NCBI RefSeq assembly: GCF_004010195.1
Contig: NC_057715.1
Location: forward strand, 90,038,710-90,102,709
DNA length: 64,000 nt
Direction: 5' to 3'
Origin: Chiloscyllium plagiosum
Lineage: Eukaryota
Shown here: in pieces, positions 13,071 through 24,616 of the stretch
How positions within the stretch are numbered: position 1 is the first letter of the stretch
How the letters are laid out: the number at the start of each line of letters is the position of its first letter
The notes under the pieces: model-generated
Seen by the model: the letters and a program-made list of their open reading frames with translations, nothing else
Told to the model about the DNA's origin: nothing
Database searches by the model: none
Program-made: the position numbers and the translations under genes

Positions 13071-13649
13071 CCTTAAAAGTTGAGAGTCAAATGAAGGCAA
13101 AATGCTGCAAACACTGGTAATTGAAACAAACAGAATGCTGCTGAAATTCATCAGGTTAGTAGCATCTGTAGAGAGAGAAACAGTTAAAGTTTCAAGACTT
13201 TTAGAACTCACCAGCGAGTTTCTGAAGAGTTTGTAGTCTGCTTAATGAGGAGGATAAACATTATAGTTGTTTTTACTGGAAAAAAAAAGTGGAGCTACAC
13301 CTGTCAGTCTATGTCCTAATAAAGCTATTGGCCACCCAAACAGTGCTGGAGTTTCTGCTCGAAGCTGCTGAATTTCTCCAGCATTTTCTATGTTTGTTAA
13401 AAGTTGAGAATTTCATACCCAACTATCCTTTCAGGTAATAATTCCCAGACTTCCACTATCCTCTAGGTGAAAAAAAAAGTTCAACTTTCCTCTTAACCTT
13501 CAACTACACCTTAAATCTCTGTTCCCTACTCTTGACCCATTTATTAATGGGAGAAATGGCCTTCTTATTCACCTTATCAATGCCCTTCATAATTCTATAC
13601 ACTTCAATTAGGGCCCCTCACAACCTTTGCTTGCAGACTACTGGAAGTG

Positions 13650-14880
13650 CATTATAAGACAGGACTGAGTCAGTTCAGTTTTGTCAAGGGTAGGTCATGC
13701 CTGACAATTCTGTTAGAATTTGTTGAGGAAATAATGAGCAAGTTAAACAAAAGAAAGCCAGTGGACATGATCTATTTGGATCTCCAGAAGGCTTTTGACC
13801 AGCTGATGGTCATGAGGCTGTTAAATATGATAAGAAGCCATAGTATTAGGGGCAAGATACTGGTATGGATAGAAAATTGGCTAACTGGCAGAAAGTATGG
13901 ATAAAAGGTCTTTTTCAGGATGGCAACAAGTGACTAGTAGAGTTCTGCCGAGGTCCTTGTTGGGACCACAATTATTCAGGTATACATTAATGATCTGGAT
14001 GAAGGAACTGAGGATATTCTTGCTAAGTTTGCAGTTGTCACAAAGACACATGGAGGGACTGGTAGTGTTGAGGAAGTGGGGAGGTTGCAGAAGGACTTGG
14101 ACAGATGGCAAAAACGTAGCACATAGAATATAATGTGAGAAAGTATGAGGTTTGGTACTTTGGAAGAAAGAATAGAGGCACAGACTATTTTCTAAATGGA
14201 GAAGGCTTCGGAAATCTGAAGCACAAAGGGGCTTGGGTGTCCAAATTCAGGTTTCTCTTTGGGCTGACATGTAGGTTCAGTTGGTAGTTAGGAAGGCAAA
14301 TACAATGTATCAAGAGGGCTAGGATACAAGAGCAAAGATGTACTTCTGAGGCTATATACGGCTCTGATCAGACCGCATTTGGAATATTGTGAGCGGAGTT
14401 TGGTCTAATATATAAGTAAGTTTGTGCTTGTGTTTACAAAATGATCCCAGAGATGAGGACCTGTCATATGAAGAGTGGTAGAGAATTCTGGGATTGTACT
14501 CACAGTTTAGAGGGATGATGAGAGATCTGATTGAAAGTTACAGAATACTGAGAGGCCTGGATAGAGTGATCATGAAGAAGATGTTTCCACCAGTAGGAGA
14601 GACCAGGACCCAACAGCACAGCCTCAGGGTGAACTGAGATGAGGAAGAATTTCTTCAGCCAGTGGGTGGTTAATCTATGGATCTCATTACCACAGCGAGC
14701 TGCGGAGGCCAAGTCATCAAGTCTATTTAAGACATACTGATAAGTTCTTGATTGGTAAGGGGATTTAGGATCACGGGAAGAAGAAAAATAGCGTTGAAAA
14801 ACATGTCAGCCACTATCTAATGGTGAAGCAAACTCGATGGGTGGAATAACCAACATCTACTCCTACATCTTATGGTCATG
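13650..14880 (+). mobile_element. CR1-clade LINE RT fragment
   Basis: GRSCLT.LLEF.EE...VDMIYLDLQKAFD; degenerate. Confidence 0.85.
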
Positions 14881-15619
14881 AACGTTCAGAGGAAAACATC
14901 CCCAACCTGTCCAATTTTCCAGAATTTATTATTGCACATGATTTACAATCAGTGATGGTCATTGGTGTTGATTAACGATGTTTTAATTGTAATGTTAACC
15001 CGTACAGTTTGACGAATTAGATTTAATTTCACTTTTGTTGTGATGGATAATGGTTGAACAATCACTATTTTATATCGAATTTTACGTTGTTGATTTTGAT
15101 TTTATACTTTGGAATTCTCGGGGGATTAGCTATGGCAAGACTCGAAGCAAAAACTTTATTGTTAAACTTTTTGATCATAGCACTGATTTGGGGGAGGATC
15201 GGTCTTCCTGCTGCTGAATGCATGTTCAGTTACCTGTAATGTCGACAGTAGATTGCGTGAAGTGTTGGAGGCCTGGGTCCAAGTCGATTGGCACCAAGAC
15301 CAGCCGACACTTCTAACACTCACTATGTCCAAAACGCTCGCCAATAAATAATCCGATGTGACTCACACTTGAAGTTGCACTATGCTACTTTGGACATCTA
15401 AATGCCCACCCTCACCACTCCGTCCATCACGCATTTTGCGTCCTATGATTCTGTGGAAAACGTTGCCAGCCACCTTTTGCACATTGTATCCGACCTCACA
15501 CTCCAAGCTTGGAGCGGGAAGGAGCCATTTGCAAAAGTTCCGGTGGAGGCGCCGTGAAGATTTAGGTAAGCAGATAACTATCACAGGAAAAGGACTCGGG
15601 TCTTATATTTTGGAGGAAA

Positions 15620-15960
15620 AAAAAACAAAGCCCGCGGGGGAAAGTCTCCCCCAGTTTTCAGGGCCGCGCCCTGCGGGGATCAGAATATTGAGCGCTCGAT
15701 TCTTTCCCAAAGATGCTACTTCGTTGTCGCCCTGGTAACACGCAGCCGCAGTACGCATGCGGAAGTCAGGTGGCAGACGGTAGCGTGCTGCGTTACCATG
15801 GCACCGGGGAGCCGAAGCTCACGTGCGCTGGTAACGGAAGGTGATTGGTGGGATTCAATAGACGCGGGCTGATTGAAAGTAATTTGCTACATGATGAGAA
15901 CAGAGAGAGCTACTCCGCGCCTGGAGACCAATTAGAGCCATTCCACTATATAGGCTGGCT
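15620..15960 (+). promoter_or_regulatory. CpG-rich CCNA1 promoter: RFX X-box-like sites, NRF1-like/ETS, E-box, MYB site, CCAAT boxes, CDE/CHR, TATA-like
   Basis: GTCGCCCTGGTAAC 15726-15739; ACGCATGCGG/CGGAAGT 15753-15766; GTTACCATGGCACC 15792-15805; CACGTG 15820; TAACGG 15832; ATTGG 15844; CGCGG 15863; TTGAA 15873; CCAAT ~15928; TATATA ~15947. Confidence 0.8.
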
Positions 15961-16084
15961 TTAGGCAAGCCCCAACTCATAAATGTGATCTGAGAGGCAA
16001 TTGCTCAGAGCTGAGCAGGCGACTGGGGAAAACTTGTGCAGTTTCTTTGTTGTTAGTGGTGTCAAATCTTTGTTTGTAGCTAAC

Positions 16085-16231
16085 ATGTACAGGAGCAATG
16101 CTGCTGTCAAGCGCAATGCTAATCAAGAAAATCAACATCTTGTCCCGCAGATGGGCCCAGTTAGCCAAAAGCAGAGGACCGTTTTAGGGGTGCTAAACGA
16201 GAACGACCAGCAGAGGCGTTCGCTTTCTCAG
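16085..16231 (+). CDS. CCNA1: CCNA1 coding exon 1 (MYRSN..., D-box [10 protein letters not shown])
   Basis: ATG at 16085 (AACATGT); RxxLxxxxN destruction box; donor CAG|GTAATT. Confidence 0.85.
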
Positions 16232-19200
16232 GTAATTTCTGTATTCACCAAACCCGTTATTCCTATATGTTTAACTATAGTTGGGGCTGTACTATCTAAA
16301 TATATCGTTCAGAGTCCATCTCGCCTCGCCCGAGCTCTCGAGTTATTTCAGTGAGTTTGCAAATTGCCTGACCTCGAATTTCTCTTCCCTCTTCTAACGT
16401 GTTTTGTTAGGTTTCTGCGAAAGTTTGTGGTACCGTTGCAGTGGGGACTGATAATGGGTTCACTTCGGCAAAGAGCTGCAGCACTCTCTCTGAATGTCCG
16501 GCTACTTTTGTGTCCAACCCGAACTTCCATATTTATATGGAGGATGAAGTCCAAGACGAAGTCGAAGTCTCTGAATGTAATCTAACCTCTGAACTCCAAT
16601 CTAAACTTGGAGAAGTTGGTAACGTCTCCAAACCAGCGGACGACTATTGTCTGTTCTTAGATCTGAGTGAAGGTAACAGCAAGACGCGAGCTAGAATTTC
16701 GTATCGCTTGATACGAACTCTGAATCTTTTATTGTGTTGTCTTCTAACCGTAGATGTTTACGTTACTGCATCCATTTTTTTTCGCTACTACCACGATTCG
16801 GTTTAACTTTACCATTCGAGCACATAGTCTTAATTCTACCTCTGCTTAGAACACGTATAAAGCAATTCTATTCCCTCAATTCAATTGGCTGTTGATGTTT
16901 TGTCACCTCTACAGTTTCGCCAATGTTAGTAGATTCATCCATGCGCTCGCAGCGTTCCCATGAAGATTCGCATGTACACGTAGATTACCTCGCTGTGGAA
17001 GGATATGCAGAAGACATTTATCGGTACCTCCGAGAAGCAGAAGTGAGTCACATAGCGGCACGACCTCTCTGGTTTAAGGAAATATAACCCCCCACTCACT
17101 GCCGACCCTTTAGCTGCCGCTGGGTTTGGTCACAACACTTGCTCTCTTGGGTGGCTCGTCCTATTAGATTCCCTACAGTGTGGAAACAGGCCCTTCGGCC
17201 CAACCAGTCCAGAGACCCACTTTCTCTCTAACTAATGCGCCTAACACTCTAGGCAATTTTTAGCATAGCCAATGCGCGTAACCTGCACATCTTTGCACTG
17301 TGGGAGGAAACCCACGCAGACACTGCGAGAATGTGCAAACTCCACAGACCGTTGCCCAAGGCTAGAATCGAATAAGGCAGCAGTGCTAATCACCGTGCCA
17401 CCCCTATTCTTGGGCTGTTTTATAACTCGCCTGCTGCAGAAACTACTTTAAACAAGATTAACCTCATCATTGCCGCAAAATCCGGAAACCTTTTGGCCGC
17501 TTCCCTAGAATGCAACAACTCTGACTGGGATAGTGGGAAAATGTTCTACTGGTTCTCTAATGAGTTTGTGAATTTTTTAAACTCGTTTGTTAAACTGCAA
17601 TCAAGATTAGAGTGGCGCTGGGAAAGCACAGCAGGTCAGCAGCATCCGAGGAGCAGGAAAATCGACGTTTCGGGCAAAAGTCCTTCAACAGGAATGCGGC
17701 TGGGAGCCTCTGGGCTGGGGCTGGGGAAGAGTGCAGTTGGAGGTGGGGTAAAAGTGATCGGGTGGAGCGGATAGGTGGGAAGGAAGATGGACAGTCATGA
17801 GGGTGGTGCTGAGCTGGGGAGGGGAACGAGGTGAAGCCCACACTGATGCCATGGGATTGAAGCAGAAGATGAGGTCTTTCTCAATGTCAGGGGGTTAGAG
17901 AGTAGCAATGGAGGAGGCCCAGGGCCTCCTTGTCCTCAGCAGAGTGGGAGGGGATGTTTAAATGTTTGGCCACTTGGCAGTGGGGTTGGTATGTGTGGGT
18001 GTCCCCAAGATGTTCTCTGAAACTCTGAGAAGGTGTCCTGTCTCCCCAATGTAGAGGAGACTGCATGGGGAGCAACGGATATAATAAATGACGTGGATGT
18101 GGAAGGCTCCTTTTGGGCCTGGGGGGGGTGGGCGCAAGTTTTGCAATTCCTGCGGTGGTAGGGGAGGGTGAATTACATCAACTCAGCTGCAGGTGGACTC
18201 AATTAAATATTCTGGGAGGATTGAATATTTCTTCAGTCTAGATTTCAAAGCATGGTCTTGGACCTCTTTTCGTATGCTAATCTGTATAGAGGCTCGCAGC
18301 TTTCTCTCTGCGGGATGATTTTTTTTCCACCATGACTTGTCACTTTTTTACAGTACAAATTTCCCATTCCAAACTGGGTGCTAACTCTAATGTTTTTCAG
18401 GAGAAATGCAGACCAAAATTTGGGTACATGAAGAAGCAGCCGGACATAACCCACAGTATGCGCTCCATTCTCGTAGACTGGCTGGTTGAAGTTGGCGAGG
18501 AGTACAACTTGCAAACTGAAACGTTGTACTTGGCTATAAACTACCTGGACAGATTCCTGTCATGTATGTCAGTCCTGAGAGGAAAGCTGCAACTGGTGGG
18601 CACAGCAGCTATGCTGGTAGCATCGTAAGTCTTTGTTTTGTTTTTGTTCGGCTCTTACATGTGGAACTCCAATCATAAAGGTTTTTTGTCTCTTGTGCAA
18701 AAATAAAACAATCGTGGTTCTAGGATCGCACAGTGATTTCGGGAATAGAGATTTTTTTAAATATACTGATGAACGATCAACTTGTACACTTTCCCTAGGA
18801 AATATGAAGAAATCTATCCCCCCGAAATAGATGAGTTTGTCTACATAACAGATGACACCTACACAAAAAAACAGCTCCTGCGCATGGAACATCTCTTGCT
18901 CAAGGTGTTGAGCTTTGACATGACCGTTCCAACGGTTAACCAGTTCCTAACGCAGTTTTTGAAGGAGGAAGGGATCGATGGACAAATGGGAAACCTAGCA
19001 ATGGTATGTATCTTATTCCTGGGTTTAACTCCCAGGCTCCTGCAGGATGGAGTTCGACTCGAACTGAGATTTGGAAAATTGTTAATAGGTAGCTGATCCG
19101 AATAAAGTCCGAGCCAAGGTTTTCGCACCTCAGGCAGTTCATCCTTGTGTTAACATCCATCTATTCAAAGTGCATTTTCCAGCTCTTGACTCAGCATTGT

Positions 19201-22200
19201 GTTCAATGGTGTTCACACGATTTAAATGTCATAATTGTTCTGTCTGTATCGTGTCCTTATTAGGTTGCTATCAACCATTCTAGAGAATTTCCTCCTCCTG
19301 ACTGCTAGCCATCCCACAAAGTAGTTGAATTGCTGCAGCTCAAGCCACATACTGGTGAAATCTCCTCTGCACCTTCTAGTGCATTCGCCTCCATCCATGG
19401 TTTGGCAACCAGAACTGCATGCAGTACCCAAGCTGTGGCTGAAAACACTTCATATAGCTCCATCATAAACTCTTTGCTTATGTATTTGACTAATAGACCA
19501 GTATCCCATATACCATCTTAACCACTTTTGTCAACTTGTCCTGTTATCTGTATGTAAATCCACAAATTGAGGTCTCCTTGTGGCAGTGATGATATCCTGC
19601 CTTTGGGCTAAAGCTTATGGTTCAAGTCCCACCTGCTCCAGAGATGGGTCTTTATATGGTTTTCTCTGGCTCATTGCCACAGGAGTAGGAAGCCAGCAGT
19701 AATTACTTGTAGCACTATAGCTATTGTAACCCCCTGCCATTGACAGATAAAATCATGTCTCTGGCCTTTGAACATTGTCCCCAAATGGTCTTCCTGACAC
19801 AGTGTCAAAGAGCTAATGAGAGGAGGCCACACTGGATCTGGTACATAGTGGTAGGTGAGCACTTTGGGGAGTGACCATAATTCAGTCACTTTTTTAGTTT
19901 AGCAATGGAAAGGGATAGGTATGTGCCACAGGGAAAGTGTTGTTGCTCTTCCCCATCAATTATAATGTGAGTAGGCAAGACTAAGGAGGCATAGAATTGT
20001 GTAGCAAAATGCAGGGGATGGGGACAATCCATGTGGAGCTGGTTTAAATAAGTGTCCTTGGTATGTCCCTGTCAGGCAGGGAGGAGATAAGGTAAGGGCA
20101 CCATGGTTTACTGAAGTTGTATCTAAAGTGGAAGAGGGAGGCTTATGACATTGAGATGAGATGGCTCGGGTGAGACATTAAGATTTAGACTATCTGGGAA
20201 AGATTTGGAGTTAAGAGCAAGGAGGGGATGTGAGCAGTCTTTAGCAGGTAAAATAAAGGATCATCCTAAAGTTTTCTATAGATATGTGAGGAATAAAAAG
20301 AGGAATAGGGCCAAAGACAGGTGGGAAGTTGTGTGTAAACCCTTTGGTGATCAGAGGTGCTAAATAAGTATTTCTTTTTTTCTCTCTACAATATTCAGCC
20401 TTGAGGGAAGACCGATATGAGCTATTAGGCTAGAAAGGATTGAGGTTAAGGAGGTGTTATCTAATTTTGAGAATTGATAAGTCCCCTGGACCAGATGGGA
20501 TTTATCCAAGGATTCTCTAGGAAGGTAGAGAGAAGATAGAGCCTTTATATTGGAGTCATCATTGTCTACAGGTTTAGTACTAGAAGATTGCAAATCTTGT
20601 GCCCTTGTTCAAGAATGGCAGGAGAGATGACCCAGGTAACTATATAGACAAATGAGCTTTGTGCCTTTTGTAAGAATTTTTTTTTTGGAAAGGATAAGAG
20701 GATTTATAATTGCTAGCAAGCAACAATTTCATTGGAGATAGTGAACACTGTTTTGTCAAGGGTGGGTCATGTCTCTTCACCCTCCTTTTTGGGAAGGTGG
20801 CCAAGCATGTGGATGAGGGTAGGGCAGTTGACATGGTGTATGTGGACTTCAGTAAAGCTTTTAAGGTTCCCACATGGGCCTTTGGAGAAAAAGCAGAGGC
20901 ATGGGATTAAGGGTGATTTTAGCAGTTTGGATTAGAAAATTGCCTTCTTGCAGAAAGCCACGAGTGGTGGTTGATGGAAGATATTCACTGAAGTCTAGTT
21001 ACTAGTAGTGTGCCACAAGGATCTGTTTTGGGACCATTGCTGTCTGTCATTTTTATAAATGACTTGGACACACCCACAGGTGGTTGGGTTAGTAAGCTTA
21101 TAGATGACACTAAAGTCAGAATGGTGACCATGTGGAAGAATATTGAATTGGGCTGAGGTGTTCTAAATGGAATTCAATGCAGATAAATGTGAGGTGATTC
21201 ACTTTGGGAAGAATAACATGAAAGCAGAATACTGAGTCAATGAAAGATTCTTGGTAGTGTGGATGTGCAGAAGGATCTTGGTGTCCATGTATATAAATTC
21301 CTGCAAGTTGTCACCTGGGTTGATAGTGCTGGTAAGGCATATGATGCATTGGGTTTTATTGGTAGAGGGTTTGAGTTCTGGAGCTGTGATGTCATGCTGC
21401 AACTATACAAAAGGCTAATGCAGCCGCACTTGGAATATTGTGTACAGTTCTGGTTGCACATTATAGGAAGGATGTGGAAGCATTGGAAAAGGTTGAGTAG
21501 ATTTACCATGATGTTACCTAGTCTGGAGGGAAGGCCTTTTAAGGAAAGGCTGAGGGACTTGGGTCTGTTCTCGTTTGGAGAAGGCTGAGGGGATTTAAGA
21601 GACAAGATGATCAGAGGATTAGATAGGATGGACAGTGAGTCTTTTCTTTCCCCCTTCGGATGATGACATTGGCTTTTACAAGGGGTGTAACCTCTAATTG
21701 AGGGGTGATAGATTTAAGACAGATGTCAAAGACTGGTTCTTTACTTGGTGGTAAGGGTGTGGAATGCCCTACCTGCCATGTAGTTAATTCAGCCACACTA
21801 GGGGCATTTAAGCATTCCTTGGATAAGCATTTGGATGGTGATAGTGTGGGGGGTGGACTTAGATTCGTTCACAGATTGGTGCAAAGAGCTGAAGAGTATG
21901 TTCTGTGCTGTATTCTGTATCCATCAATAACCAATCTTGACCCCCATGCTTGTTACCAATAATAGCCCAATACCAATAGGCTCAAAGTAAGACAAAATCT
22001 AGGCAAATGGACTGCTGCATTGAAGCTGAAATTTGCATGAGATCCCTTTAATGTCCAATCTTGTGATTTTTCCCAGAGCTATTTGAATGAACCAAGGGGT
22101 ATTTGTCTTGCTGATCCCAACCAAGATATTTTTGGACATGGCCCTAATAATAGCATAGCTTCTTTGCTTGGCAGACAGGTATGCTGGCTTTGAGATGCAA

Positions 22201-24262
22201 ATTACATTTGGGAATGACTTCTAATCACCACTTTGAATATTTCTGTTTATTGAATGTCCATGTTTGTAATTGAGCTATTGGAGAGGTGTTAGAATATTCT
22301 ACATGCATGTGTAGAAACCTTTTGTTAAACTTTATTTCATCTCTCCATTGTCCTGTCTCATGACACTGGCATGATGCAGTTACATAATTAAGAACTGAAC
22401 TAGTTCTGCAAATGTAACTAGGTCAGTATAAAAGCTTGTGATGTTCCAATGCTAAACCATTTCTAAGTCTACATTAGACTTGAGGCTCTTCTATACTTGT
22501 GAATACTTGGAGGTATGGTGTAGACTATGTAAAACTCCTTGTCGCTTTGTCTGCCTGGGAGAGAAGTGATTTGGACCTGACAGATCATCATCCTGGTCAT
22601 GTAATCAATTAAAAGAAACTAGGAAATCTGCAGGTCCAAAATTTGATCCTCCACTAGTGGATGGTTTGTGTCTTAATTTTTAACAGCCCATTGTCCTCTG
22701 ACAATCTGAAATGGACAGTGCACCTGCATTTAAGATCACTAAAGAATTTGGATTCAACATTGCCATTCATGGCATTGGTAATTGAGTGACTGTAAAGGGC
22801 AAATTAAACTCTGCATGGCTTTACTGCAACTTTATCTATAGTTAACATTGTGATTCTGAAACAAGAGAATGTTGTATTACTCCAAGTTATGGCAATTGCA
22901 CAACTCCAAAAATGCTTAACTAGAGCTTTGTGGTGGCTAATGTGTGATACAGAATAAAACATTATCAAGGTAAATATCCATGTCTTTTGTGGAAATATTG
23001 GAAAAGCTTGAAGGAAACATTAGCTATTTATGTAAAAGGATGAAAAGGCAAGTGGGCCTCTGATTGGATATTGATACTTGTGCAAGCCTAACCAGAGTAG
23101 TTGGATTTGGACAGTTCTGTCCAACTTAATTGGATGCCATTGTGGTGATATAAGTTGCTCAGTGACCTACTCTTACTTTGTACACCTTGAATTCAAAGTG
23201 AACACTAATTTGGTATTGAATGCAAGAGGCTAAAGGTTAAGATGGCACAAGTATGTTGCAGGTAAAGCTGGCTACCAGCAGTCATCTGGAGCCCAGTTAC
23301 AGAACTGTCATGCTAACTGGCTAATTTTTTTTCTCTATCAGTACATAGCTGAACTAAGTCTATTAGAAGCTGATGTATGTTTGAGGTATGCACCCTCTCT
23401 AATGGCAGCAGCTGCATATTGTTTGGCAAACTACACAATCAACAATACATTTTGGGTAAGTATTTTTGTGCCACTAAATCCCACTTTAAAATGGAAATGT
23501 ATAATGGGTGAATTGAAGGTTAATTTAAATAATAATGCAGTTTGTTTACTCTGCAGAAGTATCAACTTCCCATCACCTTTTAAAGCAGAAGGAAGACCAC
23601 ATACATTAAAAAAAGTCATAATTAACTGTCTAATCCCCAGCCCACTTGTATGACAAGCATACTACTCTACTACCATATACCTCTTGGACACCTAACAGGC
23701 CCTAATCCCATGAAGGATTCTTGTGTATGGTGACTCTTGCACCTGAAGTTAGTACTAAATCTTCCAAAGCGTTTTCTCTTCAGTTCTAATATTAAGGATA
23801 ATACCTGAAAGACCCCTCACTGCACTGATCTTCCAGCAATTGAATGTCACTTTTTTCTGCCTAAATGTATGACTTTTTAGTTGAGCTAAACAATTAAATT
23901 GTTGAATCTAGAATTGACTTTATTTATACTTTGTAAACTATAATTTGTAAGATAGTTACTGTCTATTTTGACAGCCTCCAGCACTTGCTACATTTACTGG
24001 ATACTCATTGGTTGATATTGTACCTTGTCTGCATGATATGCATAAGACCTTTCTCCAAGCCAAATTCCAGCCACAACAAGCCATTAAAGAAAAATACAGG
24101 AGCTCCAAGTAAGTTGGGTTTTTAGAGTCAACATAAGCTTTCTTGGAAAACTGCATTCATTAAAATGAAAATGCTTCTCCTAGGTATCTGAGAATTTCCC
24201 TCATTGAGCCTCCAGCAACCTTGCCTCTGCATGCACTGATTTCAAGTGCCATTCAAGGATGA
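16085..24262 (+). CDS. CCNA1: Cyclin A1, complete spliced CDS join(16085..16231,16411..16672,16915..17042,18401..18624,18799..19003,23342..23455,23975..24108,24184..24262), 430 aa
   Basis: All 7 introns are GT-AG with consistent phases (total 1293 nt). Cyclin box [16 protein letters not shown]...[56 protein letters not shown]...[11 protein letters not shown] is A1-type rather than A2-type. Synteny with SERTM1 and RFXAP. Confidence 0.95.
16411..16672 (+). CDS. CCNA1: CCNA1 coding exon 2
   Basis: Acceptor TTTTGTTAG; cyclin A motif FHIYMED; donor AAG|GTAAC, phase 1. Confidence 0.85.
16915..17042 (+). CDS. CCNA1: CCNA1 coding exon 3
   Basis: SPMLVDSS...[13 protein letters not shown]; acceptor CTCTACAG, donor GAA|GTGAGT. 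Confidence 0.92.
17163..17403 (-). mobile_element. HE1-like SINE in CCNA1 intron 3
   Basis: Same family as 12745-13070. Confidence 0.85.
17597..18165 (-). mobile_element. Penelope-like element fragment (GIY-YIG end plus pLTR with degenerate hammerhead) in CCNA1 intron 3
   Basis: [25 protein letters not shown] motif; CTGTTGA...GCCCGAAACGTC at 17691-17664. Confidence 0.8.
18401..18624 (+). CDS. CCNA1: CCNA1 coding exon 4 (cyclin box, MRAIL-like helix)
   Basis: [35 protein letters not shown]...; TTTTTCAG acceptor, TC|GTAAGT donor. Confidence 0.97.
18799..19003 (+). CDS. CCNA1: CCNA1 coding exon 5
   Basis: [45 protein letters not shown]; TTTCCCTAG acceptor, ATG|GTATGT donor. Confidence 0.97.
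19820..21920 (+). mobile_element. CR1 LINE ORF2 fragment in CCNA1 intron 5
   Basis: [34 protein letters not shown] motifs. Confidence 0.9.
23342..23455 (+). CDS. CCNA1: CCNA1 coding exon 6
   Basis: [38 protein letters not shown]; polypyrimidine-CAG acceptor, TGG|GTAAGT donor. Confidence 0.95.
23975..24108 (+). CDS. CCNA1: CCNA1 coding exon 7
   Basis: [45 protein letters not shown]; GACAG acceptor, AA|GTAAGT donor. Confidence 0.95.
24184..24262 (+). CDS. CCNA1: CCNA1 terminal coding exon
   Basis: [25 protein letters not shown]; 75-nt intron with CTTCTCCTAG acceptor; TGA 24260-24262. Confidence 0.9.
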
Positions 24263-24610
24263 AAATTGAATGCTCGTCAGAAAAGTAAAGCACTAACATT
24301 ATAAATGCCAACAAGGACTGAATTGGTCATAAACACTTGAAGGACTGCTGCTAATTTAACTCATAGCTGACTGCTATTGGACTGTGACCTTATTTGATAT
24401 GGTTTTAAGGTGCAATTTTTAAGCTACAGTATTAAGTTTTAATCTTTATTTATAAGGAATTCCAAATAGTTTTATAAACTCCAGTGGATAGTGATGGCTC
24501 AAATGCCATGTACTGCTTCATTAACCATTTTAAATGCTATTTGCATTTCTCACTGACTACAATGGAGGTGGGTTTGAGGAGTGAATGTTGTACTTTGCAT
24601 TTGGACAACC

Positions 24611-24616
24611 AATAAA
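24611..24616 (+). terminator. CCNA1 polyadenylation signal AATAAA
   Basis: First AATAAA about 350 nt after the stop, followed by GT/T-rich and A-run sequence. Confidence 0.65.

Noticed and set aside
16085-24262. Calling the gene CCNA2 because of its promoter
   Set aside because: Diagnostic residues ([36 protein letters not shown]) and SERTM1/RFXAP synteny indicate CCNA1
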